Of a DNA stretch of 32,000 nucleotides, positions 7,274 to 15,459 are shown in pieces. The stretch lies in contig NC_013202.1 of the NCBI RefSeq assembly GCF_000023965.1, positions 540,001-572,000 on the forward strand, written 5' to 3'. Both the position numbers and the translations under genes were made by a program. The stretch is from Halomicrobium mukohataei DSM 12286 (lineage in GTDB: Archaea; Halobacteriota; Halobacteria; Halobacteriales; Haloarculaceae). Numbering within the stretch: position 1 is the stretch's first letter; every line of letters starts with the position of its first letter. The notes under the pieces were generated by a model. That model had not been told where the DNA came from, ran no database searches, and worked only from the letters and a program-made list of their open reading frames with translations.

Positions 7274-8425
7274 GGAGAGATCGAACTGCTCTGCGGCCTG
7301 TGCCATGTCCTTGTCGCCCCGTCCCGAGAGGTTCACGAGGATCGTCTCGTGGTCGCCGTCCTCGGCCAGTTGCTTCGCGAGCGCGAGGCCGTGGCTCGTC
7401 TCCAGTGCGGGGATGATCCCCTCGGACTCGGAGAGTTCGCGGAACGCCCCGAGGGCTTCCTCGTCGGTGATCCCGCGGTACTGGGCACGACCGAGTTCGC
7501 GGAACATGGCGTGTTCCGGGCCGACGCCGGGGTAGTCCAGGCCCGCCGAGACGGAGTGGACAGACACGTCGTCGTCGATGACCCGCGTCTTCATCCCGTG
7601 GAGGACCCCCTCGGTGCCCGCCGCGAGCGGCGCAGCGTGGCGCTCCGAGTCGGCACCCTCACCGCCGCCCTCGCCGCCGTAGAAGGCCACGTCGTCGTCC
7701 CGGAAGGCGTGGAAGAGTCCCATCGCGTTCGAGCCTCCGCCGACGCAGGCGACCGCGGCGTCGGGCAACTCGCCCGTGCGGTCCTGGAACTGCTCGCGGG
7801 CCTCCTCGCCGATGACGCTCTGGAAGTCCCGGACCATCCGCGGGAACGGGTCGGGGCCGACGACGCTGCCCACGAGGTAGTGGGTGTCGTCGACGTTGTG
7901 CGCGAAGTCCTCCAGAGCGACGTCGACGGCCTCGGCCAGCCCCTCCTCGCCCCGGGTCACTTCGTTGACCGTCGCACCCATCAGGCGCATCCTGAAGACG
8001 TTCATCCGCTGGCGCTCGACGTCTTGCTTGCCCATGTAGATCTCCGTGTCGAGGTCCAGCAGCGCACCGGCCATCGCCGTCGCCGTGCCGTGCTGGCCCG
8101 CGCCGGTCTCGGCGATCAGTCGCTCCTTGCCGGCCTGCTTGGCAAGCAGCGCCTGCCCGAGCGTGTTGTTGATCTTGTGAGCCCCGCCGTGGAGCAGGTC
8201 CTCGCGCTTGAGGAAGATCTCCGCTCCCCAGCTGTCGCTGAGCGTCTCCGCGTGAAACAGGGGTGTCGGTCGCCCGGCGAACGATTCGAGCAGGTCCCGG
8301 AGCTCCGTCTGGAACGCCGTCGTCTCTCGAATGTCGTCGTAGGTCGTCGCGAGCTGTTCGAGCGGTGCTACCAGCGGATCGGGGACGTGGCGGCCGCCGT
8401 ACCCCGCGAAGTCGCCGTCAGACAT
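7271..8425 (-). CDS. trpB: Tryptophan synthase beta subunit (384 aa)
   Basis: FAGYGGRHVPDPL, GRPTPLFHAE, KREDLLHGGAHKINN (PLP lysine) and ETGAGQHG motifs. Confidence 0.85.
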   Translation of the reverse strand: MSDGDFAGYGGRHVPDPLVAPLEQLATTYDDIRETTAFQTELRDLLESFAGRPTPLFHAETLSDSWGAEIFLKREDLLHGGAHKINNTLGQALLAKQAGKERLIAETGAGQHGTATAMAGALLDLDTEIYMGKQDVERQRMNVFRMRLMGATVNEVTRGEEGLAEAVDVALEDFAHNVDDTHYLVGSVVGPDPFPRMVRDFQSVIGEEAREQFQDRTGELPDAAVACVGGGSNAMGLFHAFRDDDVAFYGGEGGGEGADSERHAAPLAAGTEGVLHGMKTRVIDDDVSVHSVSAGLDYPGVGPEHAMFRELGRAQYRGITDEEALGAFRELSESEGIIPALETSHGLALAKQLAEDGDHETILVNLSGRGDKDMAQAAEQFDLS

Positions 8426-8498
8426 ATGGGGACCCTCTACCGCCCGCGGTCTTAAATCTTCTATCGTGAGACAGCCCGCCGCGACGGCAGCGCCACGC

Positions 8499-9035
8499 TC
8501 ACAGCGTCTTCTCGAAGTGGATCAGCTCGTACTCGCCCTGGGTCGAGCGGTCGACCTCGCGATAGCCCGCGGCGGGGTAGAACCGCGCCGCCGCTTCCTG
8601 ACGGACGGCCGTCGTCGCCAGCAGCGTCTCGAAACCCAGCTGGGCGGCCCGTCGTTCGAGTGTCGCCAGCAGGTCCCGGCCGTGGCCACGGCCCTGCATC
8701 GGCGGGGCGACGCGCATCCGATGGAGTTCGCCAGCGCCGGGGACCGTCCGCTCGTCGTCGTGGCCCGACTCCGACGGCAAGAGCCCGCCCATCGCGACCA
8801 CCGGCCCGTCGAACGTCTCGGGGACGGCGGCGTCGCTCTCGTCCTCGCCGTCCCCGATACCGACCAGAAACTCCCCACCCACGTCGAGGTACCGGCTCTC
8901 GATCTCCCGGAGGTCGTCGGTACCGGGCACGTCCGCCGGATCGGTGCCGGCGACACGCATCGCCCACTCGTGGAGCTCCCAGACGGCGTGGGCGTCTCGC
9001 GGGTCGTACCGTCGGAGGGTCAGATCGCTCGCCAT
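8499..9035 (-). CDS. GNAT family N-acetyltransferase (178 aa)
   Basis: Start chosen at MASDLTLRRYDPRDAHAVWELHEWAM. RVAPPMQGRGHGRDLL is the acetyl-CoA binding motif (Q/RxxGxG/A). Confidence 0.8.
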   Translation of the reverse strand: MASDLTLRRYDPRDAHAVWELHEWAMRVAGTDPADVPGTDDLREIESRYLDVGGEFLVGIGDGEDESDAAVPETFDGPVVAMGGLLPSESGHDDERTVPGAGELHRMRVAPPMQGRGHGRDLLATLERRAAQLGFETLLATTAVRQEAAARFYPAAGYREVDRSTQGEYELIHFEKTL

Positions 9036-9066
9036 CGCTCTGTCCGGGAGTGTTCGGCCAGTAGCT

Positions 9067-9150
9067 TCATACTGCCGGCTGTACCTTCGTTCAGATAGTC
9101 GCCACCCCGGGGTGGCGAAGTCCGTGACAGATATACAGCCGGTAGTATCA
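9067..9150. repeat. Long-hairpin palindromic element, S-type copy 1
   Basis: catactgccggctgta (9068-9083) pairs with tacagccggtagtatca (9134-9150) with one G:T position. Central palindrome cgccaccccggggtggcg at 9100-9117. Confidence 0.8.
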
Positions 9151-9256
9151 GAGTGCTGGCTGGCGCTGGACAGTGGTTCACTGCGCGCCCAACAACGCAC
9201 ACAAACGGACGTGCGGTGTCCGAAGCCACTTCCGGGTGCCCGTCGAAGTGAGACCG

Positions 9257-10291
9257 ATGTCAGACACCAACCGCGTCTTCCTGCTTGCCGAGCGACCCGA
9301 CGGTCGACCCGACGAGGACACCTTCGAGCTGGCAGAGCGCGACCTACCGACGCCAGGCCCCGGCGAAGCGCTCGTCCGAACGCTGTACCTCTCGGTCGAC
9401 CCCTACATGCGCGGTCGGATGGACGCCCGCGAGTCCTACGCCGATCCGTGGGGCGTCGGCGATCCGATGGAGGCCGCCGTCGTCGGGGAAGTCGTCGAGT
9501 CCAACGGCGCGGGTCTCGAAGCGGGGACCGTCGTCACGGGTGAACTCGAATGGGCCGACTACGCAACCGCGCCGGGAACGGAGCTGTACCCCATCGACCC
9601 CGAGCTGGCCCCGATCTCGACGGCGCTGGGCGTGCTGGGCATGCCCGGCCGCACGGCGTACTTCGGGACCAAGGAGATCGCACAGCCGACCGCGGGCGAC
9701 ACGTTCGTCGTCAGCGGCGCGGCGGGCGCGGTCGGCTCGGTCGCCGGCCAGATCGCGGGACTCCAGGGCGCTGACGTGGTCGGCTTCGCCGGCTCCGACG
9801 AGAAGGTCCAGTTCCTCGAAGACGAACTCGGCTTCGACGCCGGCATCAACTACAAGACGACCGACGACTACGGGGCGGCACTCGACGAGGCGGCCCCCGG
9901 CGGCGTCGACGCCTACTTCGACAACGTCGGCGGCCCGATCACCGACGCCGTCTTCACCCGGCTCAACGTCGACGCCCGCGTCGCCGTCTGTGGACAGATC
10001 TCCCAGTACAACGCGACCGAGCTCCCGACCGGGCCGCGAAAGCTGGCGACGCTGGTCGAGACGCGCGCCACCGTCGAAGGGTTCCTCGTCGGCGACTACC
10101 AGCCGCGCTTCGAGGCCGCGACCCGCCAGCTTGGCGAGTGGGTCCAGCGCGGCCAGGTCCAGTACCGCGAGACCGTCACCGAGGGCCTGGAGAACGCCCC
10201 CGACGCCTTCCTCGGCCTCTTCGAGGGCGAGAACATCGGCAAGCAGCTCGTGAAGGTCGCCGAGCGGGACGTAAGGTCACGAGGGCTGTGA
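9257..10291 (+). CDS. NADP-dependent oxidoreductase, MDR superfamily (zeta-crystallin/YncB-like, 344 aa)
   Basis: TLYLSVDPYMRGRM and VVSGAAGAVGSVAGQIA (nucleotide-binding GxGxxG variant), with a C-terminal ...FEGENIGKQLVKV. Confidence 0.85.
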   Translation: MSDTNRVFLLAERPDGRPDEDTFELAERDLPTPGPGEALVRTLYLSVDPYMRGRMDARESYADPWGVGDPMEAAVVGEVVESNGAGLEAGTVVTGELEWADYATAPGTELYPIDPELAPISTALGVLGMPGRTAYFGTKEIAQPTAGDTFVVSGAAGAVGSVAGQIAGLQGADVVGFAGSDEKVQFLEDELGFDAGINYKTTDDYGAALDEAAPGGVDAYFDNVGGPITDAVFTRLNVDARVAVCGQISQYNATELPTGPRKLATLVETRATVEGFLVGDYQPRFEAATRQLGEWVQRGQVQYRETVTEGLENAPDAFLGLFEGENIGKQLVKVAERDVRSRGL

Positions 10292-10380
10292 CTCGCTGAA
10301 AAATGTCGCAAATGTCGGAGTAAGAGGGTTCAGATCGGATTCTAATTGAGTTGCAGGGGACTACGCGACAGTGTTGCTGC

Positions 10381-10464
10381 TCATACTGTCGGCTGTAACT
10401 GTTTCAAGATATTCGCGACCACAGGGTCGCAACATTCTGTACAGACTGACAGCCGGCAGTATCA
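10381..10464. repeat. Long-hairpin palindromic element, S-type copy 2
   Basis: catactgtcggctgta (10382-10397) pairs with gacagccggcagtatca (10448-10464). Central stem gcgacc / ggtcgc. Internal homology to copy 1 (ttcaagatattcgc versus ttcagatagtcgc). Confidence 0.8.
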
Positions 10465-10489
10465 TTCGATCGCTCGCAAAAGTGGGAAC

Positions 10490-10497
10490 CATTAAAA
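10490..10497 (+). promoter_or_regulatory. TATA-like box upstream of the island cassette
   Basis: cattaaaa lies 30-37 nt upstream of the ATG at 10527. Confidence 0.35.
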
Positions 10498-10526
10498 CCC
10501 TCTCATACGGATAGTCAGAGAAGACA

Positions 10527-11456
10527 ATGCCCCAAGAAGATCCGGAGTTCGGTGAGCCAGAGTTCTTGGGGTGGTTACTATTGAAGCGGCTGAAAGAACA
10601 GAGCAACGATCAGATTTCGAGATCGAAGTTTCTCAAACTCTGTTGTATCGCTGATCGTCGCCTTATCGAGTCACGTGGTTACGAGGTCGGTCTCCCTCGC
10701 TACTGGTATATGTACGGAGAACTCGCAAACGAACACGAGTTCTCGAAGCGATTTTATAATGCGCCGCTTGCCATCGGCTGGGATGGTCAGCAGTATCTCC
10801 CGAAGGAACTGCAGGTCGAAGCATTCGACGTATCTGAAGAAGGTCTCGAATCGATTCCGGATGCCGCCAGATGGACGGTTCGAGAATTCGGACGCAAGAA
10901 CGTCGAAGAGATCAAACAGTATCAGTATGAGAAGCACGCAGAAAACGAGTTTATTCGAAAATACAGCGAACTTCGATGGCTCCTGAGTACGATCGATCTC
11001 GGGAGACAGGAACGACTGGAGAACTACAGTAGCGGTGGAGAATCGAACGAGGAGTACCTCAAGCGGCAACTCGATGAAATGATGGCCACATATCCGGACG
11101 GTGAGGCCCGTTACGACGATTTGAAGACGCTCTATCTCCGGTGGGACGATACAGTTCGTCTCATGGTGGACCACTCCGTCGAGTACAGCCGAATTGCGGA
11201 GTTCCTCGACGATTTTATCCGGACACTCAGTAAGGCTGTACTTCGATTCGCATACAACCAGAACATAACTGACGAACGACTCGAAGACTGGGAGGAAGAT
11301 GCAGTCGAAGAGCGAGAAAAGTTCACGACTCATCTCACGACCATACGGTCGGAACTCCTTCGAGGCCGGTCACGAAGCACAGAGCTCGATCAGGTCTCGG
11401 ACGCGTATTCACAGACCATCGACGAACAGATTGAGCGGCTCCTTGCCCGGGAATAG
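10527..11456 (+). CDS. Hypothetical acidic protein (309 aa), first gene of the low-GC cassette. The N-terminal region may resemble a Panacea/DUF4065 domain.
   Basis: Long ATG-started ORF in low-GC DNA with acidic composition. Its stop TAG (11454-11456) abuts the next ATG. The motif SKFLKLCCIADRRLIESRGYEVGLPRYWYMYGEL is loosely like the SocA/Panacea signature. Confidence 0.7.
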   Translation: MPQEDPEFGEPEFLGWLLLKRLKEQSNDQISRSKFLKLCCIADRRLIESRGYEVGLPRYWYMYGELANEHEFSKRFYNAPLAIGWDGQQYLPKELQVEAFDVSEEGLESIPDAARWTVREFGRKNVEEIKQYQYEKHAENEFIRKYSELRWLLSTIDLGRQERLENYSSGGESNEEYLKRQLDEMMATYPDGEARYDDLKTLYLRWDDTVRLMVDHSVEYSRIAEFLDDFIRTLSKAVLRFAYNQNITDERLEDWEEDAVEEREKFTTHLTTIRSELLRGRSRSTELDQVSDAYSQTIDEQIERLLARE

Positions 11457-12119
11457 ATGGCGGACGCATCGTTTCTGGATACCGGTGTCGTACTGGGATT
11501 CTGTTTTCGCGATGACTCACATCATCATCGCTGCCGGGAGTATCTCGATGATCACGACTTCGTGCTGTTCGTTTCCGACCACGTAGAATCGGAGTATCTG
11601 AATAGAGAACCGAGTCTTGCGCAGGAGGTTGCAAACGGCATCTTCGATCACATCGATCGACTACACGATTCGGAATTCGAGGGACAGCTTGATTCGATGG
11701 ACACGTCCCGGATTCGCCAGAATCTGGTCTCAGGTAATAACCCTGCTGGGACAACACTACATACGTTCTACAGCGATGAAGTGCCGAATTTTATCCAAAT
11801 TACCGACCTGACTGAGCGACTCCGTGACCTCGCACGGGACATCGAACAGATCGCGATTGAGAACAGAGAGACCCTCATGACGAAAGTGGAAGTGTGGGAA
11901 CGAGATAACGAATATGCCGAGATCGACGACAAGCTCTCGGAAATCCCGTGGGACGACCGCCGTATCTGTCTCGATGCACATGATGTTGCCGAAGTAACAG
12001 GTAAACCGACAGAACTGGCCACCACGAATCCGACAGACCTGGTTGACCACGGCTACCGAACGGTAATTCTCGAACGAACGTCCCTCGAAAATGTAGTGTC
12101 GCTCGCAGTTCGGTCGTAA
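11457..12119 (+). CDS. PIN-like domain protein with a large internal insertion (220 aa)
   Basis: Acidic residues occur in canonical PIN order: FLDTGVV (D8), VESEY (E44/E46), CLDAHDVA (D173) and TTNPTDLV (D194). The gap between the second and third is about 125 aa. Confidence 0.6.
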   Translation: MADASFLDTGVVLGFCFRDDSHHHRCREYLDDHDFVLFVSDHVESEYLNREPSLAQEVANGIFDHIDRLHDSEFEGQLDSMDTSRIRQNLVSGNNPAGTTLHTFYSDEVPNFIQITDLTERLRDLARDIEQIAIENRETLMTKVEVWERDNEYAEIDDKLSEIPWDDRRICLDAHDVAEVTGKPTELATTNPTDLVDHGYRTVILERTSLENVVSLAVRS

Positions 12120-12135
12120 CCATTACACTCGGAAC

Positions 12136-12150
12136 GGTCCCGTCGGGACC
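12136..12150 (+). terminator. Short GC hairpin after the cassette
   Basis: ggtccc gtc gggacc, starting 17 nt after the TAA stop, followed by ctcttt. Confidence 0.25.
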
Positions 12151-12186
12151 CCCACGCTCTTTCGGGAGTGGCACGTAGGCGAGATC

Positions 12187-12771
12187 ATGTTGCAAGGAGC
12201 GACGCCGGAGCCGGCTCCCCAGCCGTCGACGGTGGCGATTATCGACGAGTTCGTCGACGGGATCCTCGCGTCGATTCCGCGGCTGCTGTCGGGACTGCTC
12301 TTTCTCGTGCTCGCATACCTGACGATCAAGCTCGTGCTGGCGGTCGTCCGGTCGGTCGTCGATCGGCTCTACCGGGACGAGGAGCAGCTCATCGTCGACC
12401 TCGTGGTCACCGTCGTCGGGATCTTCCTGTGGTTCGGCGCGACGCTGGGGCTCCTGAAGGTCGTGGGACTCGGCGACGTGGCCGCCAGCCTGGGCACCGC
12501 CAGCGGGTTCATCGGACTGGGCGTCGCGTTCGCGCTCAAGGAGATGATCGCCGACACGGTCGCGGGGGTGTACCTCCTGCAAGACGAGGACTTCTCGGAG
12601 GGGGACCGCGTCGAGACCGCGTCGGTGACGGGCCGGCTCGTGAGTATCGATCTCCGGAAGACCCGGATCGAGACCGACGATGGGAACCTCGTGGTCGTCG
12701 CCAACCGCGACGTCGAGAAGCGCTGGACGCGCCACGCTCGGGCCGACGAGGCCGCCGAAACGGACGCCTGA
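12187..12771 (+). CDS. Small mechanosensitive (MscS-family) channel protein (194 aa)
   Basis: Transmembrane helices followed by IGLGVAFALKEMIADTVAGVYLLQDEDFSEGDRVE...GRLVSIDLRKTRIETDDGNLVVVAN, the typical MscS beta-domain. Confidence 0.8.
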   Translation: MLQGATPEPAPQPSTVAIIDEFVDGILASIPRLLSGLLFLVLAYLTIKLVLAVVRSVVDRLYRDEEQLIVDLVVTVVGIFLWFGATLGLLKVVGLGDVAASLGTASGFIGLGVAFALKEMIADTVAGVYLLQDEDFSEGDRVETASVTGRLVSIDLRKTRIETDDGNLVVVANRDVEKRWTRHARADEAAETDA

Positions 12772-12825
12772 CTGCGGCAGTGGCGCAGGAGTTCGGTCGA
12801 GAAAGGGGGAGGGCAGACGGAGCGG

Positions 12826-13512
12826 CTACTCGAAGTGCGATTCGGCGTCGGCTTTCGCCCGATCGACGACGAACGCCTCGGCCTGGGTCATCGCCCGCAG
12901 CGCCTCGTCGGTGTAGTCGACCGTGATCGACGGGAGCGCGCGTGCCAGCCCGCCCAGCAGGTCGCCGGGGTCGATGTCGATGGTCAGTGCGTAGGCCTCG
13001 GGCGAGGCGTGCAGCGGCTCGGTGAAGGCAAACTGGGCGTCGATCAGGTCGGTCGTCGCCTCCCAGTCGTAGGCGGTCGCCGCGGCAGCCCACAGCGAGT
13101 CAGCGTCCGCGGCGACCAGCGGCGCGACGGCATCGCCCATGCGTCGCTGGCGAGCCAGCAGCGTCTCGCGGAGCTCGCTTTTGCGGTCCGGTGGGACGTC
13201 GGACCGAAGTGCGTCCCAGTAGAGGTCGCGGGCCAGAATCTCGTCGGCGAAGGCCTCGAAGTCGTCGTCACTGGCGGCATAGGAGAGGACCGCGTCGAAC
13301 TGGTGGAGGATCGCGTCTCGGTAGGACTGCAGTTCTGGCTGGACGATCTTCCGGTCGACCGTTTCGCTGTTCGAGAGGAGGCGATCGATCACCGCCCCCT
13401 CCGGACCGGTGGCGCTGCGCAGCGCCCGCGAAATGCTGAAGGCGTCGCTGGTCTCGCTGGCCAGTCCGTTGACGTACCGCTCGAACCCGTCCCTGACGGC
13501 AGCGCGTGTCAC
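12826..13512 (-). CDS. Hypothetical conserved-looking acidic protein (228 aa), GTG start
   Basis: ORF with haloarchaeal composition. I recognise no motif. Confidence 0.55.
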   Translation of the reverse strand: MTRAAVRDGFERYVNGLASETSDAFSISRALRSATGPEGAVIDRLLSNSETVDRKIVQPELQSYRDAILHQFDAVLSYAASDDDFEAFADEILARDLYWDALRSDVPPDRKSELRETLLARQRRMGDAVAPLVAADADSLWAAAATAYDWEATTDLIDAQFAFTEPLHASPEAYALTIDIDPGDLLGGLARALPSITVDYTDEALRAMTQAEAFVVDRAKADAESHFE

Positions 13513-13561
13513 GTCTTCTCGTGAGGGCCCGATCCCCCTATCGGTTTCGGCGGTTCGGACG

Positions 13562-13568
13562 TTTTAAG
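13562..13568 (+). promoter_or_regulatory. TATA-like box for the que operon
   Basis: ttttaag lies about 24-30 nt upstream of the queD ATG at 13592. Confidence 0.45.
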
Positions 13569-13591
13569 CACCCCCAGAGTAATACCCAGGT

Positions 13592-14047
13592 ATGGCTGAA
13601 GGATTATCGACCGAGCGGTCGGACGCGATCGCCGACGCGGGCGAGCGAGAACTCGTCGTCGGCGGCGACCGTCCCATCCGGATCAGCACGGGCCACCGGA
13701 TCATGCACCACGACGGGAAGTGCAGTCGGCCCCACGGCCACAACTACGAGGTGACGGTCCGAGTGACCGGAGCGCTCACGGCGGAGGGGTGGGTCGTCGA
13801 CAAGGGCGACGTGACCGACGCCATCGACGAGTGGGACCACCGCTTCCTCGTCGAAGCGGGCGATCCCCTCGTCGACGCCTTCGAGCGCAGCGGCGACGGC
13901 GACGCGCTGGTCGTGCTCGATCACCCGCCGACGGCGGAAGTGATGGCGATCGTCCTCGAAGAGCGACTCGCGGAATCACTTCCGGACACCGTCAGCGACG
14001 TGGGAGTGACCGTCCGCGAGACGGGCGAACTCGCAGCGGGGCCGTAG
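13592..14047 (+). CDS. queD: 6-carboxy-5,6,7,8-tetrahydropterin synthase
   Basis: HRIMHHDGKCSRPHGHNYEV is the PTPS/QueD zinc and catalytic motif. 151 aa. Confidence 0.85.
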   Translation: MAEGLSTERSDAIADAGERELVVGGDRPIRISTGHRIMHHDGKCSRPHGHNYEVTVRVTGALTAEGWVVDKGDVTDAIDEWDHRFLVEAGDPLVDAFERSGDGDALVVLDHPPTAEVMAIVLEERLAESLPDTVSDVGVTVRETGELAAGP

Positions 14048-14824
14048 ATGCCCGTCGACGCCGACCCGGTCGCGGAGCGAGCGGCCGAGACGCCGCCAGA
14101 GGCCGACGCCCTACCGATCAACGAGCTGTTTCACTCGCTGCAGGGCGAGGGGAAGCTGGCGGGAGTCCCGTCGGTGTTCGTCCGGACGAGTGGCTGTAAC
14201 CTCCGGTGTTGGTTCTGTGATTCCTATCACACCTCCTGGGAGCCCAGCCACGCCTGGCTGACGATCGACGAGATCGTCGCCGAGATCGAGGGCTACGACG
14301 CCGACCACGTCGTGGTGACCGGCGGCGAGCCGCTGATCCACGAGGAGACCGTCGACCTGCTGGAGCGACTCGACGAGCGAGGGTACCACACCACCGTCGA
14401 GACCAACGGGACCGTCGCCGTCGACGCGCCGATCGACCTGGCGAGTGTCAGTCCGAAGCTCGCGTCCTCGACGCCGACGCCCGAGCGGGACCCGACCGGC
14501 GAGGGCGACTGGGAGCAACGCCACGAGCAGCGCCGCCTCGACCACGAGGCGCTGGCGACGCTCGTCGAGCGCTACCCGACCCAGCTGAAGTTCGTCGTCA
14601 CCGGTCCCGACGACGTGGCGGAGATCGACCGGACGGTCGAGGAGCTTCGAGAGCGAACCGAGACGACGATCGACGACGCAGACGTGCTGTTGATGCCCGA
14701 GGGGCAGACGCGTTCGGATCTCGACGAGACGCGCGGGGTCGTGGCCGACCTCGCGCTGGAACACGGCTACCGATACACGCCGCGGCTCCACGTCGACCTC
14801 TGGAACGACGCCCCGGGCACCTGA
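14048..14824 (+). CDS. queE: 7-carboxy-7-deazaguanine synthase (radical SAM)
   Basis: ELFHSLQGEGKLAGVPSVFVRTSGCNLRCWFCDS is the QueE CxxxCxxC-type cluster motif. Its ATG follows the queD TAG directly. Confidence 0.85.
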   Translation: MPVDADPVAERAAETPPEADALPINELFHSLQGEGKLAGVPSVFVRTSGCNLRCWFCDSYHTSWEPSHAWLTIDEIVAEIEGYDADHVVVTGGEPLIHEETVDLLERLDERGYHTTVETNGTVAVDAPIDLASVSPKLASSTPTPERDPTGEGDWEQRHEQRRLDHEALATLVERYPTQLKFVVTGPDDVAEIDRTVEELRERTETTIDDADVLLMPEGQTRSDLDETRGVVADLALEHGYRYTPRLHVDLWNDAPGT

Positions 14825-14832
14825 GACACATC

Positions 14833-15459
14833 ATGACCGACGAGACAACGATGGAGGACGCGGCCGAGGCGACGAACGCCCCGGCCACAGTCCCCGACGG
14901 CGAGGGTATCGACTGGGAGAAAGCACAGGAAGGCACCCGCCTCCTGCTGGAATCGATAGGCGAGGACCCGACCGCGGACGGCCTCGAAGCCACCTGGCAG
15001 CGTCGGGTGCCCGCACTGTTCGAGACGTTCAGCGAGGCCAACCGCGAGGCCGAGAAGCCGACGATGCGGACCTTCGAAGCCGATCAGGAGGGACTGGTCG
15101 TCAAGACCGGTATCCCGGTGTATAGCCTCTGTGAGCACCACCTGCTGCCCTACCACGGGACGGCACACGTCGCCTACCGACCGGACGAGCGGGTCGTCGG
15201 CCTCTCGAAGCTGGTCCGGTACGTCCGCTGGCAGGGCCGCAAGCCCTCGATGCAGGAACGCCTGACGCGCGACATCGCCGACGGACTGGCGGCAGAACTG
15301 GACGCGGCGGCCGTGCTGGTCGAGATCGAGGCCACCCACATGTGCGAGGCCATGCGCGGCGTCGAGACCGCGACCACGACGACGACCCGCTCGGTCGTCG
15401 GATCGCCGACGACGACCGAACGCGAACGCTTCACCGACGCCGTCAAGAAACATGAGTGA
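14833..15459 (+). CDS. folE: GTP cyclohydrolase I (type IA)
   Basis: PVYSLCEHHLLPYHGTAHVAYRPDERVVGLSKLVRYV and ATHMCEAMRGV motifs. Confidence 0.85.
   Translation: MTDETTMEDAAEATNAPATVPDGEGIDWEKAQEGTRLLLESIGEDPTADGLEATWQRRVPALFETFSEANREAEKPTMRTFEADQEGLVVKTGIPVYSLCEHHLLPYHGTAHVAYRPDERVVGLSKLVRYVRWQGRKPSMQERLTRDIADGLAAELDAAAVLVEIEATHMCEAMRGVETATTTTTRSVVGSPTTTERERFTDAVKKHE

Noticed and set aside
10671-11333. 220-aa antisense ORF inside the low-GC cassette gene
   Set aside because: A long ORF in low-GC DNA is less expected by chance. However, this one is hydrophobic and Phe/Leu-rich, the mirror of the Glu/Lys codons on the sense strand. It lacks acidic halophile character, while the sense ORF is coupled to the downstream gene.
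10487-12125. 8-nt direct repeat aaccatta at 10487-10494 and 12118-12125 as possible att sites of the island
   Set aside because: An 8-mer shared between two short AT-richer flanks is plausible by chance. No integrase or tRNA target is present.
12771-12781. Mini-palindrome actgcggcagt starting in the MscS stop codon, resembling joined S-type termini (a possible excision footprint)
   Set aside because: It is only 11 nt and lacks the atac/gtat ends, so it cannot be distinguished from chance or a simple terminator hairpin.
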